Source: an uncultured Gemmatimonadales bacterium (GTDB lineage: Bacteria > Gemmatimonadota > Gemmatimonadetes > Gemmatimonadales > Gemmatimonadaceae). From it: DNA of 64,000 bases. A program made the position numbers and the translations under genes. The stretch spans positions 96,001 through 160,000 of the forward strand of contig CAVPQB010000002.1 of assembly GCA_963707505.1 (NCBI GenBank), read 5' to 3'. Each line of letters begins with the position of its first letter. Position 1 is the stretch's first letter. This document shows positions 27,089 through 35,739 of the stretch, in pieces. The notes beneath the pieces are model-generated. The model was not told the DNA's origin. It saw nothing but the letters and a program-made list of their open reading frames with translations, and searched no databases.

Positions 27089-29428
27089 CTACAGCGAATA
27101 CTTCACGCCCGCCACAACGGTACGCTGCGGAAATGGATGAAACAGAAAGTACTTTCGGTCGAGAAGATTATCGACTCCGACAGACGCTCCCCAGTGACGA
27201 TCGACCCGGAAACTTGCGCGCGCATCCATTACGAACCACTCGCTGAATCCCTGATACGTGTTGGGGTTGACGTCCGTGTTATCCAGCGTGGTAAACATCT
27301 TGTCGCTGTAGCGCCCCGCAAGCGAGAAGGCGATTCGCGTATCAGGGTGATAGGTGGCCAGAAATGTCGCGCGCCACTTTGGTATGTTCGGCAGAAACTT
27401 GCCAACCGCAGTACCCGCCTGCGCCGATGCGCTCGCGCGCCCCGAGAGTGCAAGTGTACGTGCGTCGAGATATGTCACGCTTCCGGACAGATCCAGTCCG
27501 TGAAACAGTATTCCCGTGCTGTTACCGGTCAGCTCGACACCACGCGCCCTCACATGATCGACGTTGGAGAGAAACGAGTACAACGTCGGTGAGCTCGGCA
27601 CGAGCGGAAGAAACTGCGAGATGATCGCGTCGTGCACGTCGTCCTGGAACAGCGACAGCTGCACGTCTCCGCGAGCGAAGGAACGTGTTGCACGCAGCTC
27701 GGCGGCCAGATCGTTGTCCGGCTTCAGGTCCGGATCCGGCGACGTGAACGTCGCGCCAGTCGAGACGAGCTGATACAGCTCCGCGGGTGTTGCAAAGCGA
27801 TACGCTTTCGCGACAGACGCGGTGATCTTCCAATCCGGAGCTGCATCCCATGCAAGTACCGCCTTGGGCGAAAACTTCGACGATGTGACTGTGGGTTGAA
27901 TGATGCTCGTGGATCCGTTCACGTTGAATCCGTCGTAACCACGCCAATCCTCGTAGCGACCACCCAGGGTGAGATTCACGGTTGGACTGATGAGCCAATG
28001 CTCCTGCGCCCACAACGCGTACGTGCGCGTCTTGCCGTCGCCCTCGGTCGCTACCGTAGTAAGCGGGCCATTGCGCCAGTCGGGAGTGTTGAATGTCGGG
28101 TTCGCAAGCGCGTAACGGTCCGCGTGCACACCGAACGTCACCGTATGTCTCGCGCCCGGACCTCCGCGATGCCACGCGCCCTTGAGATCGAGCGTGGACC
28201 AGCCGGTGCCATCCAGCACAGCGACCTTGCCCGCGGTTCCGAACGACGCACCGCCCGACACTGTCCCCGGTGTGCGTTGCCGATCCTTGTCGTACTGATA
28301 CAGCGTCCCAACAGCTTCGAAGTCCCAATCGCTCTTCGTATCGGTCCGAAGTGAGAAACTCTGCGACGTATGTGTCTCGTCGAGAGCGTAGAAACCGCTC
28401 GCGAACCCCGTTTGTCCGCCGAATGTCGGTTGACCAGAGTCAGCCAGATACGTATCCACGCTCGACTTTCCGTCATTGTGCCAGAAGCCGACCGTGTACG
28501 CCGCACGAAGCACGGGCGTGATATCGTACGCGAGCTTGATCTTCCCGTTGGTCATTCCGGTGTGAAGCAGACCCGACGCCCCGGGTACGTTGGTCGGCGC
28601 ACCAAGCTTGTTCGCGCTCGCGTAACCACCAGTGGCACCGGTCGGTAGGCTGGCGCTCGTGACGTAGAGCAGCGGCTGACTCTGGCTGTTCTGGTAGCTG
28701 CCGCTTACCCAGAACGAGAACTTGCCGAACCGGTCCCCGACGGTGGCGTTGGTCTGCGAGGTCCCGAAACTTCTGTCGGTCCCGTAGAGATTGAAGTGCT
28801 GCAGCGCCTGCGTCTGCTGCACCGATCCTTCGAGCGAGCTGGGCTGGCGCGTCGTGATCTCCATGACTGCGCCCATCGAGTTGCCTGGGTACGCAGCTGA
28901 GAAAGGCCCATACATCATGTCGATGCGCGCGATCTCCTCAGGAGATATGAGACCCCATCGCGGTCCGCCGATCGTGTTGTTGTTGGCGATCAGCGCGGAA
29001 AGCGGAACGCCGTCGGCGAATACCAGACTGCGCGCACTGGAGCTCACGCCCCAGACGCGCGTTCCGATCGTCGCCTGCGTGTCACCGTAGTTCCGCTTGC
29101 GAATATAGATGCTCGGCAGATACTTCACCGCGTCTTCGGGATCGACGAGATTGACCGTCTCCTTCGCCTTCTGGGCGGTTATGCTCGCCGTCACTGGCAA
29201 CGTGAGAAGCTGGAGCGGAGCGACGTGAGTTTCGCTACCGCGCTTCGCCGTAACCTGGACGGCACGGAGCTTTGCGGTGCTGTCTCGGGCGGTGGTGTCA
29301 CGGACCGGCTGTTGAGCAGCCGGACTGGTCTGTGCACCCAATCGCCCTGCATGCGCCAACAGGCACGCAATAGCTATCAGCAGCACCGAGTGCCGCTTGA
29401 ATGTCCTACCCAACAATTGCGAAATCAT
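27089..29428 (-). CDS. TonB-dependent receptor (probably copper or copper-chelate uptake)
   Basis: Signal peptide, plug motifs (RIDMMYGPFSAAYPGNSMGAV), beta-barrel ending DNLLDRKY...VKYSL. Context with copCD/ycnI. Confidence 0.88.
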   Translation of the reverse strand: MISQLLGRTFKRHSVLLIAIACLLAHAGRLGAQTSPAAQQPVRDTTARDSTAKLRAVQVTAKRGSETHVAPLQLLTLPVTASITAQKAKETVNLVDPEDAVKYLPSIYIRKRNYGDTQATIGTRVWGVSSSARSLVFADGVPLSALIANNNTIGGPRWGLISPEEIARIDMMYGPFSAAYPGNSMGAVMEITTRQPSSLEGSVQQTQALQHFNLYGTDRSFGTSQTNATVGDRFGKFSFWVSGSYQNSQSQPLLYVTSASLPTGATGGYASANKLGAPTNVPGASGLLHTGMTNGKIKLAYDITPVLRAAYTVGFWHNDGKSSVDTYLADSGQPTFGGQTGFASGFYALDETHTSQSFSLRTDTKSDWDFEAVGTLYQYDKDRQRTPGTVSGGASFGTAGKVAVLDGTGWSTLDLKGAWHRGGPGARHTVTFGVHADRYALANPTFNTPDWRNGPLTTVATEGDGKTRTYALWAQEHWLISPTVNLTLGGRYEDWRGYDGFNVNGSTSIIQPTVTSSKFSPKAVLAWDAAPDWKITASVAKAYRFATPAELYQLVSTGATFTSPDPDLKPDNDLAAELRATRSFARGDVQLSLFQDDVHDAIISQFLPLVPSSPTLYSFLSNVDHVRARGVELTGNSTGILFHGLDLSGSVTYLDARTLALSGRASASAQAGTAVGKFLPNIPKWRATFLATYHPDTRIAFSLAGRYSDKMFTTLDNTDVNPNTYQGFSEWFVMDARASFRVDRHWGASVGVDNLLDRKYFLFHPFPQRTVVAGVKYSL

Positions 29429-29629
29429 TTATATGGCTCTGAAAACGGCCGGCCGCACTCGCGCGCGCACCTTCCGTGAATCGGTTGTAGTACACGACAC
29501 CGGGCGTCGGATGACGCACTGGTGATGATCGAGTGATGTTATGTGATGATGTTCGTACGAGTAACGCCACCACATTCCATGGCGCGTGAGCCGTACGCGA
29601 GCTACGCTGTCGAGCTGCCGATCAGCGCG

Positions 29630-30052
29630 TCAGATCGAGAGCGCTACGGGAGGACCGTTGGCGAACGGGTGCGCGTAGGGCACCGTCGCGACGGGAGTGC
29701 TCACATCACACGACGGTGCGATCGTCGCGTATTCCATGGTCCTGCTGGCAGCCACGTCCGCGCGCGCGGAAGCCGGCACCAACACCGGCGGCGCACAACA
29801 ACAATCGCTGAGACAGGTGCAGGTTGTGCCAGACCCCTGCGACGGCGTTTCATGATGGCCAGTGCGCTGGGCAGTGCCGCTCTGCGCCGTGGTACCGCCA
29901 GCCATCCCCGGCATTTCGGGCATGCCAACCATCTGCGCTGCGTTGCCACCGTGCATGGCGCACGGGTGCAGCATCATGGGCTCGGTCACTGCAACACCGA
30001 GCCAGATGCCCCACATGGCGGTAACTATGCGAATCCAGAGAGCGCGTCGCAT
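29630..30052 (-). CDS. DUF2946-like (CruR/CutF-type) Cys-rich leader protein
   Basis: Signal-like N-terminus, CAMH, Met-rich linker, CTCLSDCCC, C-terminal PFANGPP. Lies upstream of the TonB receptor. Confidence 0.65.
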   Translation of the reverse strand: MRRALWIRIVTAMWGIWLGVAVTEPMMLHPCAMHGGNAAQMVGMPEMPGMAGGTTAQSGTAQRTGHHETPSQGSGTTCTCLSDCCCAPPVLVPASARADVAASRTMEYATIAPSCDVSTPVATVPYAHPFANGPPVALSI

Positions 30053-30249
30053 CCCGAAACTTACAGAAGAACCTTTGCAAAAGACATCCTCGTCCGCTCG
30101 GGAATGGCGCGCCCGGGGCGAATCGGTGGTGAAACCGCCGACAAAGTGGTCAGGCGATCTCTGACCGGATGATGATCTTCGGCTCCTTCGGGCGGCCTGG
30201 CTTCGGAGTGAGCCAGTCGTTCGAGCCGACGGACGGAGGTACCCTGCGA

Positions 30250-30864
30250 ATGATAAATTCCGGGATGATCCTGAATCAGCTGTTCACAGATCTATTCGTC
30301 CCTGGTGTATCGATCGCAGAGAAGGTTCTGCGCACCGTTCTGGTATACGGCTTTCTCGTCATCCTGCTGAGAGTGGCCGGCAAGCGTACACTCGGGCAGG
30401 TCACATCGTTCGATCTCGTAGTTCTGCTGTTGCTGTCGAATACCGTGCAGAACGCGATAATCGGCAACGACAACTCACTCCTTGGTGGTCTGATTGGTGC
30501 AGTTGTGCTGATCGTGGGTGACTACGTGGTTGTCAGGGCGTTGTACAATCACAGAAAGTTGGATCGCGTAATCGAAGGAGCCACGTCGGTGCTGGTTCAC
30601 CACGGCAAGTTCGTGGACGCAAACATGAAGCATCAGTTGATCACGCGGGCGGAACTCGAAGCCGACATGCGCAAACAGGGCATCGCGCACATGTCAGATG
30701 TGCGCTGCGCGCGAATCGAGACTGGCGGTGCAATCACTTTCGAGCTCGAAAGCCCTACGGAACATGAAAGGCATCTCACTGATCTCGTCGCACGACTCGA
30801 GCGAATCGAGACCATGTTGGAAAGACTGGAAGCGTCGGGCAATGATCAGCAGGCCGATGCATAA
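30250..30864 (+). CDS. DUF421/YetF membrane protein
   Basis: GKRTLGQVTSFD, IEG...LVHHG, IETGG. GGAGG RBS before 30250. Confidence 0.88.
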   Translation: MINSGMILNQLFTDLFVPGVSIAEKVLRTVLVYGFLVILLRVAGKRTLGQVTSFDLVVLLLLSNTVQNAIIGNDNSLLGGLIGAVVLIVGDYVVVRALYNHRKLDRVIEGATSVLVHHGKFVDANMKHQLITRAELEADMRKQGIAHMSDVRCARIETGGAITFELESPTEHERHLTDLVARLERIETMLERLEASGNDQQADA

Positions 30865-30879
30865 CCGCACGGAGCACGG

Positions 30880-31146
30880 GTGAGGATCTGGCACGGACGA
30901 CACGCTGCACCCTTGATCGCCATCTGGCTATTCGCGTTGATCGTCGCGGCGATTCTCTACAGGATCGAGGACATTCAGCCTGCGCTGTCGGATCTCATCC
31001 GGCCAGTCTACGTCATTTTGCTTGCGCTGGCCGTGCTGGTCACGTGGAAGTGGTTCCGAGCGCGCGCAATCGGGACGCAGCACGATCGCAGGCAGGCTGA
31101 TCGCAGACATACGGATCGGCGCGAGGACAGCGACGCCGATCTCTGA
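30880..31146 (+). CDS. Small 2-TM protein with DRRxxDRRxxDRR tail
   Basis: Two hydrophobic helices, GGAG RBS, Arg/Asp repeat tail. Confidence 0.6.
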   Translation: MRIWHGRHAAPLIAIWLFALIVAAILYRIEDIQPALSDLIRPVYVILLALAVLVTWKWFRARAIGTQHDRRQADRRHTDRREDSDADL

Positions 31147-31152
31147 TCATGA

Positions 31153-32394
31153 CTACGCCGCTACGGCGTTCTTTACTCCGGTGAGCTGCTCGTTTACCCA
31201 GGTCAGAGACTTGGTATAGAGCCAGGCCATCTGCATCGGCAGCACGCCCAGCGACGACGCGAGCACATCAACCTGGTCCCACTCGCCACGCTGGTACGCA
31301 TCTGCGAGCAACAACGGCTCGGCGTACGGACCACTTCCCTCCATTACAGCCTGGCGAATCTCGTCCGATATACTGACGCGCGCCAGCACGTCGCGCATGG
31401 GCATGCGCAGAAGCACGTCGAGCATGGAGAACAATCCAGTCATGAACAACGCCTGCGGATGCCGTACCTGTGGACTGGATTCCGCGATCAACTCGCAGAG
31501 GCGTGCACGCAACAGCGCCGCGTACACGAGCTGATCGGTGACATCGTTGCCTGTCACCATCGACGAGACCATGAGCAGCGCGAGCCAGCGATACAACATC
31601 TGGCGCCCAACGATGCGGATCGCATAGCCGATCGAGTCGATTCCGCGGCCACCAACCGACGCGGAATTCACGATGCGCAATAGCTTGTACGTGAGCGTTG
31701 GATCGGAACGGAAGCCGCTCTCGATAGATGCATCCGGTGTCTCGTGATCGCGCAACATGTTGAGCAGACGCAGCATCGCCGTCTGTCCTACCTCGATCTC
31801 CTTGCGCGTCACGAGCTCGGGACGGCGATAGAAGTATCCTTGAAAGAGATCGAAGCCGAGCTTCATGCACTCCTGGTGCATGTCCATCGTCTCGACGCGC
31901 TCTGCGAGAATCTGCACCTTGAACGGCCGCAAACGCCGCATCAACGCGGCCAGCTCGCCCGGCTTTCTATGTAGTACGTCGAGTTTGACGATGCCGACGG
32001 TGTGAAGCAATGCGTCGAATGACGGATCGTCCACGTAATCGTCGAGCGCGAGCTGGTACCCGCTCTGCGTGAGGCGCCGACAGGCCGAGACGACCGCGGG
32101 GTCGTTTCCGACTGTTTCGAGTACTTCGATCACGACCTTCTGCGGCGGAAGAAGCTCGACCTGACCATCGAGCAGAAACTCGCGCGTGCAATTCACGAAC
32201 GCGCGGTGGCCGTCCGTGAGGTCATCGAGACCGATATCGAGGAAGGAGTGAATCACCGTATCGGTGCACATCGCGTCAGCGGCGGCGCCGTCCGCGATCG
32301 TGGACAGCGCCGTATTCCGGTAGAGCAGCTCATATCCGGAAAGCCGGTCGTGCCGGTCGAAGATTGGCTGGCGTGCAACGAATACGTCAATCAT
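31153..32394 (-). CDS. EAL-HDOD c-di-GMP phosphodiesterase (YuxH/PdeH family)
   Basis: VARQPIF, GYELL, IEVLE, ALDDY, AERVE, FQGY, then HDOD (DPTLTYKLLRIVNS). Confidence 0.9.
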   Translation of the reverse strand: MIDVFVARQPIFDRHDRLSGYELLYRNTALSTIADGAAADAMCTDTVIHSFLDIGLDDLTDGHRAFVNCTREFLLDGQVELLPPQKVVIEVLETVGNDPAVVSACRRLTQSGYQLALDDYVDDPSFDALLHTVGIVKLDVLHRKPGELAALMRRLRPFKVQILAERVETMDMHQECMKLGFDLFQGYFYRRPELVTRKEIEVGQTAMLRLLNMLRDHETPDASIESGFRSDPTLTYKLLRIVNSASVGGRGIDSIGYAIRIVGRQMLYRWLALLMVSSMVTGNDVTDQLVYAALLRARLCELIAESSPQVRHPQALFMTGLFSMLDVLLRMPMRDVLARVSISDEIRQAVMEGSGPYAEPLLLADAYQRGEWDQVDVLASSLGVLPMQMAWLYTKSLTWVNEQLTGVKNAVAA

Positions 32395-32521
32395 GGCGTG
32401 CCAACGATTTAGGGCTCCGATAATTGGTGAACTTCATCTAATTATCGGCTTCACGGCGTACGGAGTCGCAAATTCTGCATCCGTTGGCACGCCAGCCCAC
32501 ACTAACCCCGACAGACCCCGA

Positions 32522-32833
32522 CTAGGCGGCCGACTTCAACGCGGCGAAGAGACCTCCGACCGCGCGGATCACGTCTTCATTACCCTCGCGCATGAGGGCG
32601 GCGAGGATGTGCTTGCAGACCGTGTCGCGCCACAGGTAATCGCCACAATCGCATCGCGGATGCGCCGCTGAATAGATGTCCACCCAGTGCTCCGACTGCC
32701 CACCCACGATCCGATAACGGCCATATCCAACATGCTCGGCGCGGAGTCCAAGTGCTCGTTCCAGACGAGCAACGTCAGCTCCCGGACCCTCGAAATCGAG
32801 CGCCGGCAGCAATACAATCTGATCCGGTTCCAT
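32522..32833 (-). CDS. SWIM zinc-finger protein
   Basis: CDCGD...CKHILA. AAGGAG RBS before ATG 32833. Confidence 0.8.
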   Translation of the reverse strand: MEPDQIVLLPALDFEGPGADVARLERALGLRAEHVGYGRYRIVGGQSEHWVDIYSAAHPRCDCGDYLWRDTVCKHILAALMREGNEDVIRAVGGLFAALKSAA

Positions 32834-32902
32834 CGTACTAACTCCTTTGATATCAATCACTTACCGAACAAGATTGATACCCGGAACATCAGATTAAGTT
32901 TC

Positions 32903-32920
32903 TTCGAACATTCGTTCGAA
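32903..32920. promoter_or_regulatory. Perfect LexA/SOS-box-like palindrome upstream of the SWIM gene
   Basis: TTCGAAC-ATTC-GTTCGAA matches the CGAAC-N4-GTTCG box of Firmicutes/Actinobacteria. Confidence 0.55.
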
Positions 32921-32922
32921 AA

Positions 32923-33996
32923 CTATCTCCCGACACCGGCGAACATGACCGGACCTGTAGGTGCAGGCATGCCTCCCTCGGGCTCTTCGGTCACCGCGAC
33001 CCGCCGTAGAGTACCGGGCTCCATCGGGTGTTTGGAAGCCACCACCGCTGATCCGGTGGAGTCCGGCATGAAGGTGCCGACCGAGACCGGGGTGGTAGTT
33101 CCGCGTGCCATCAGCCACACCTGATAGACCTTCCCGCGGGCGGGAGGCTTCACGTTGGACGCATACAATATGAACATCTGCTTCTTCTGGTCCCAGAACA
33201 TACGAGCCATGGGCGAGGCATCGGCGTAGCTCATCAGGTCGATGACCCGCGTGTGCATTCCGGTCAGCGCTGAGATGAGACTGTCTTTTTGTGCGACAGA
33301 GATTCGTAGCTGAGCGACCTGTGCCTCGAGACTCGAATCGTGCATCGCGCTCGCGGTCCCGGTACTCCCGGCCTGCGATCGGTTTCGCCAGCTGTAAATA
33401 CCGAACGCCGCAATGACCAGTGCGGCTGCGATAGCCAGGCCGCCGACTATTCGTCCCATCGGCAGGCGGTTGCGTGGCTCGAACGGAATCACATGTAGCG
33501 GAGTGTGTCGAGCCTGAGCGTTCCCGTGCGGTGCCGGCGCTGCTTGGTGGCGCGACGGCGACGGCGACGCAGGCCTGCTCGGCCTGACGGGTCTGGCGAT
33601 TTGCTGATGGCTCTCTGCTGTGGCGTCCGACGACTGTGCCTGGCGCCCGACATTGGTTGCGGCCGCGCGCGCGACGAGTCGCGAACGAATCCCTGCCGAG
33701 CGACCGCGATTCATTTGCTGCATGGGCGCGAGCCGCGCGAGCTCGGCGACCACAGCTTCCATGGCGGCAAGCTCCGCGGAGACAGCCGGATCTACTGACG
33801 CGGCGGTGTAGAGCGCTGCTTCCTCCTGCGGCCCGAGCGCGCCGAGCGCCGCACTGGCCACATCGAACGCGGGCTCCGGCTCGTTGAGTGGAGTCGGAGA
33901 CGCAGGGTGCCCGGGGGTTGGCTGGTCATGCGCGCCATCGTTGCCGGCGTTTGCATCCTGCAGGTGTTCGTTATGCGGTTCTTTGTTTTCGCTCAT
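32923..33996 (-). CDS. Anti-sigma factor, RskA-like
   Basis: ALGALGPQE N-domain, one TM, YQVW...AVTEEPEGGMPAPTGP. Confidence 0.88.
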   Translation of the reverse strand: MSENKEPHNEHLQDANAGNDGAHDQPTPGHPASPTPLNEPEPAFDVASAALGALGPQEEAALYTAASVDPAVSAELAAMEAVVAELARLAPMQQMNRGRSAGIRSRLVARAAATNVGRQAQSSDATAESHQQIARPVRPSRPASPSPSRHQAAPAPHGNAQARHTPLHVIPFEPRNRLPMGRIVGGLAIAAALVIAAFGIYSWRNRSQAGSTGTASAMHDSSLEAQVAQLRISVAQKDSLISALTGMHTRVIDLMSYADASPMARMFWDQKKQMFILYASNVKPPARGKVYQVWLMARGTTTPVSVGTFMPDSTGSAVVASKHPMEPGTLRRVAVTEEPEGGMPAPTGPVMFAGVGR

Positions 33997-34601
33997 GCTC
34001 TGCTCTCTCGCAGGCCCACCAACTTGTCGCGCAATTTCTGCATGCCGAGCCGCATTCTAGTCTTGATGGTGCCGAGCGGCTCGCCGAGGAATTCGGCGAT
34101 TTCGGATTGGCTGAAGCCGCGGAAGTAAGCCAGGTCGAGCGCACGGCGCTGGTCTTCAGGAAGCTCCTGCAGCGCCGCGTGTACCAGAATTCTGCGCTCA
34201 TTGCTTTCGACGTCCTGCGACGGATCGGGAGCCGGGTCGCGAAGAATGCTCAGATCGGCGGCGATGTCCTCGCGGTTGCGCTTGCGACTACGGAGTCGAT
34301 CGAGCGCGCGACTGCGCGCGATGGTCAGAATCCACGTTCGCACAGTACCACGCGACGCATCGTATGATGAAGCACGCTGCCATACCTGCCAGAATGTTTC
34401 CTCCACGACGTCCTCCGCACCATCAGCGTCCTTGAGGAGATGAGCCACCATCGAGTAAACTGGCTGCGCCCAGCTATCGTACAGCGCTGCCAGAGCTGAC
34501 TCATCGCCCCCGGCGATCCGCCGGACGAGGGATAAATCGTCGCTGGGCGTAGCGATGGCTGGTCGTGTGGTGTACGTCGGTTCCTGCCGCGACGGATTCA
34601 T
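33993..34601 (-). CDS. ECF sigma-70 factor (SigK-like)
   Basis: AEDVVEETF, WILTIARSRALD, SQSEIA...PLGTIKTRMR. ATGA-coupled to the anti-sigma gene. Confidence 0.92.
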   Translation of the reverse strand: MNPSRQEPTYTTRPAIATPSDDLSLVRRIAGGDESALAALYDSWAQPVYSMVAHLLKDADGAEDVVEETFWQVWQRASSYDASRGTVRTWILTIARSRALDRLRSRKRNREDIAADLSILRDPAPDPSQDVESNERRILVHAALQELPEDQRRALDLAYFRGFSQSEIAEFLGEPLGTIKTRMRLGMQKLRDKLVGLRESRA

Positions 34602-34797
34602 TGCGAGGGAATCTACCCCGCCACGCCCGGGTGGGCCATGCGGCGGACTGTGCGGATTCGCGGCGGCGGAGCGCGTTACGAAGGGAATCGGTTCGCGTCC
34701 CTATATAAGGAAGATCCTGAGCGAGCGGCGTGGCGACGCAGCGTAGTGGCGAGGTTACGACGTCGACGATCGCCGCTCAAAACGGAGAACAGGTGGC

Positions 34798-34956
34798 ATG
34801 GTAAAGATCCTTGGTATGACCGGCTCGTTCGTTTTCAGCTCGGTAGGGTGGTGGCTTGGCGCATTTGTTGGGACGATGACGGCGTGCATGCTGTCGATCG
34901 TCGGCATTGGCGTGGGGATGTATATCGGCCGCCGGATAGCGAACGATTTCTTCTAG
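34798..34956 (+). CDS. Small 52-aa Gly-rich membrane protein (absent from the ORF track)
   Basis: MVKILGMTGSFVFSSVGWWLGAFVGTMTACMLSIVGIGVGMYIGRRIANDFF, with GGAG upstream. Confidence 0.65.
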   Translation: MVKILGMTGSFVFSSVGWWLGAFVGTMTACMLSIVGIGVGMYIGRRIANDFF

Positions 34957-35007
34957 TCGTTGATGCAGTGATTCTGCAGTAATTCGATCCAGCGAGCGCC
35001 AACCAGA

Positions 35008-35655
35008 TTGGCCGCCTCCCGTTCACTCATGCGAGGTTTGAGCATGATGAAAAGACCGTCGTTCATGCGAGTGTTGTGCGGCTGTGTGATCGCCGCGTCT
35101 TGTGGCGCCGCCACGCCTGACAGTATCCCGCTTCTGGCGCAGGGCTCGACACCGAGGAAGGCGCTGGTGAATGTGACGGGAGAGTTTCGCGAGGATGGAT
35201 CGTGTCAGGTCTTCGCCGACGGTAAGCCCGTTTTCAATCCATCTGACAGTGCCCAGACGACGTACATTCACGACGCAACAATGAATCTCGCGCCTGGCGG
35301 ATTTGATGCGCATGAATTGTGGTGTGCGCCGAGCGGTCCGGAACAGCCCACGATACCGCCGATCGATCTTCAGGCGCGATCGTTCGTGGTTCTGCTCTAC
35401 GCTCCGAACGGGCAGCTGGCACAGCCTCGGACGTATGACGTGCGAGCCGGCATACCTACGTCGGAGGCCGCGAATCGTCTCGTCGGAACAGGATTGTTCG
35501 GAATGAGTCCTCAGGTGACAGAAGACTCAGTGCCGATCCAGATCGGGCTGGTATATCTGATGGGAATTCGGGGGACGGTGGACATAATCCGTGTCGACGC
35601 CAACCGGGTGGTGGCGAAGTTCGCATTCGGTGCACAACCGGCGCGATCACTCTGA
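35008..35655 (+). CDS. Hypothetical protein, probable lipoprotein
   Basis: Lipobox-like IAAS-C. Start probably ~35044. Confidence 0.55.
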   Translation: MAASRSLMRGLSMMKRPSFMRVLCGCVIAASCGAATPDSIPLLAQGSTPRKALVNVTGEFREDGSCQVFADGKPVFNPSDSAQTTYIHDATMNLAPGGFDAHELWCAPSGPEQPTIPPIDLQARSFVVLLYAPNGQLAQPRTYDVRAGIPTSEAANRLVGTGLFGMSPQVTEDSVPIQIGLVYLMGIRGTVDIIRVDANRVVAKFAFGAQPARSL

Positions 35656-35739
35656 GCTCGGAGTAGTGGTGAGATGACGCGCCGGTGTCGGGACGCGTGA
35701 CGCGGGACGCGTGACGCCAAACGCCGGATGCGACCGCGA

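Noticed and set aside
35690..35718. 14-bp tandem duplication (CGGGACGCGTGACG x2)
   Set aside because: Only two copies in a convergent intergenic gap, with no evidence of function.
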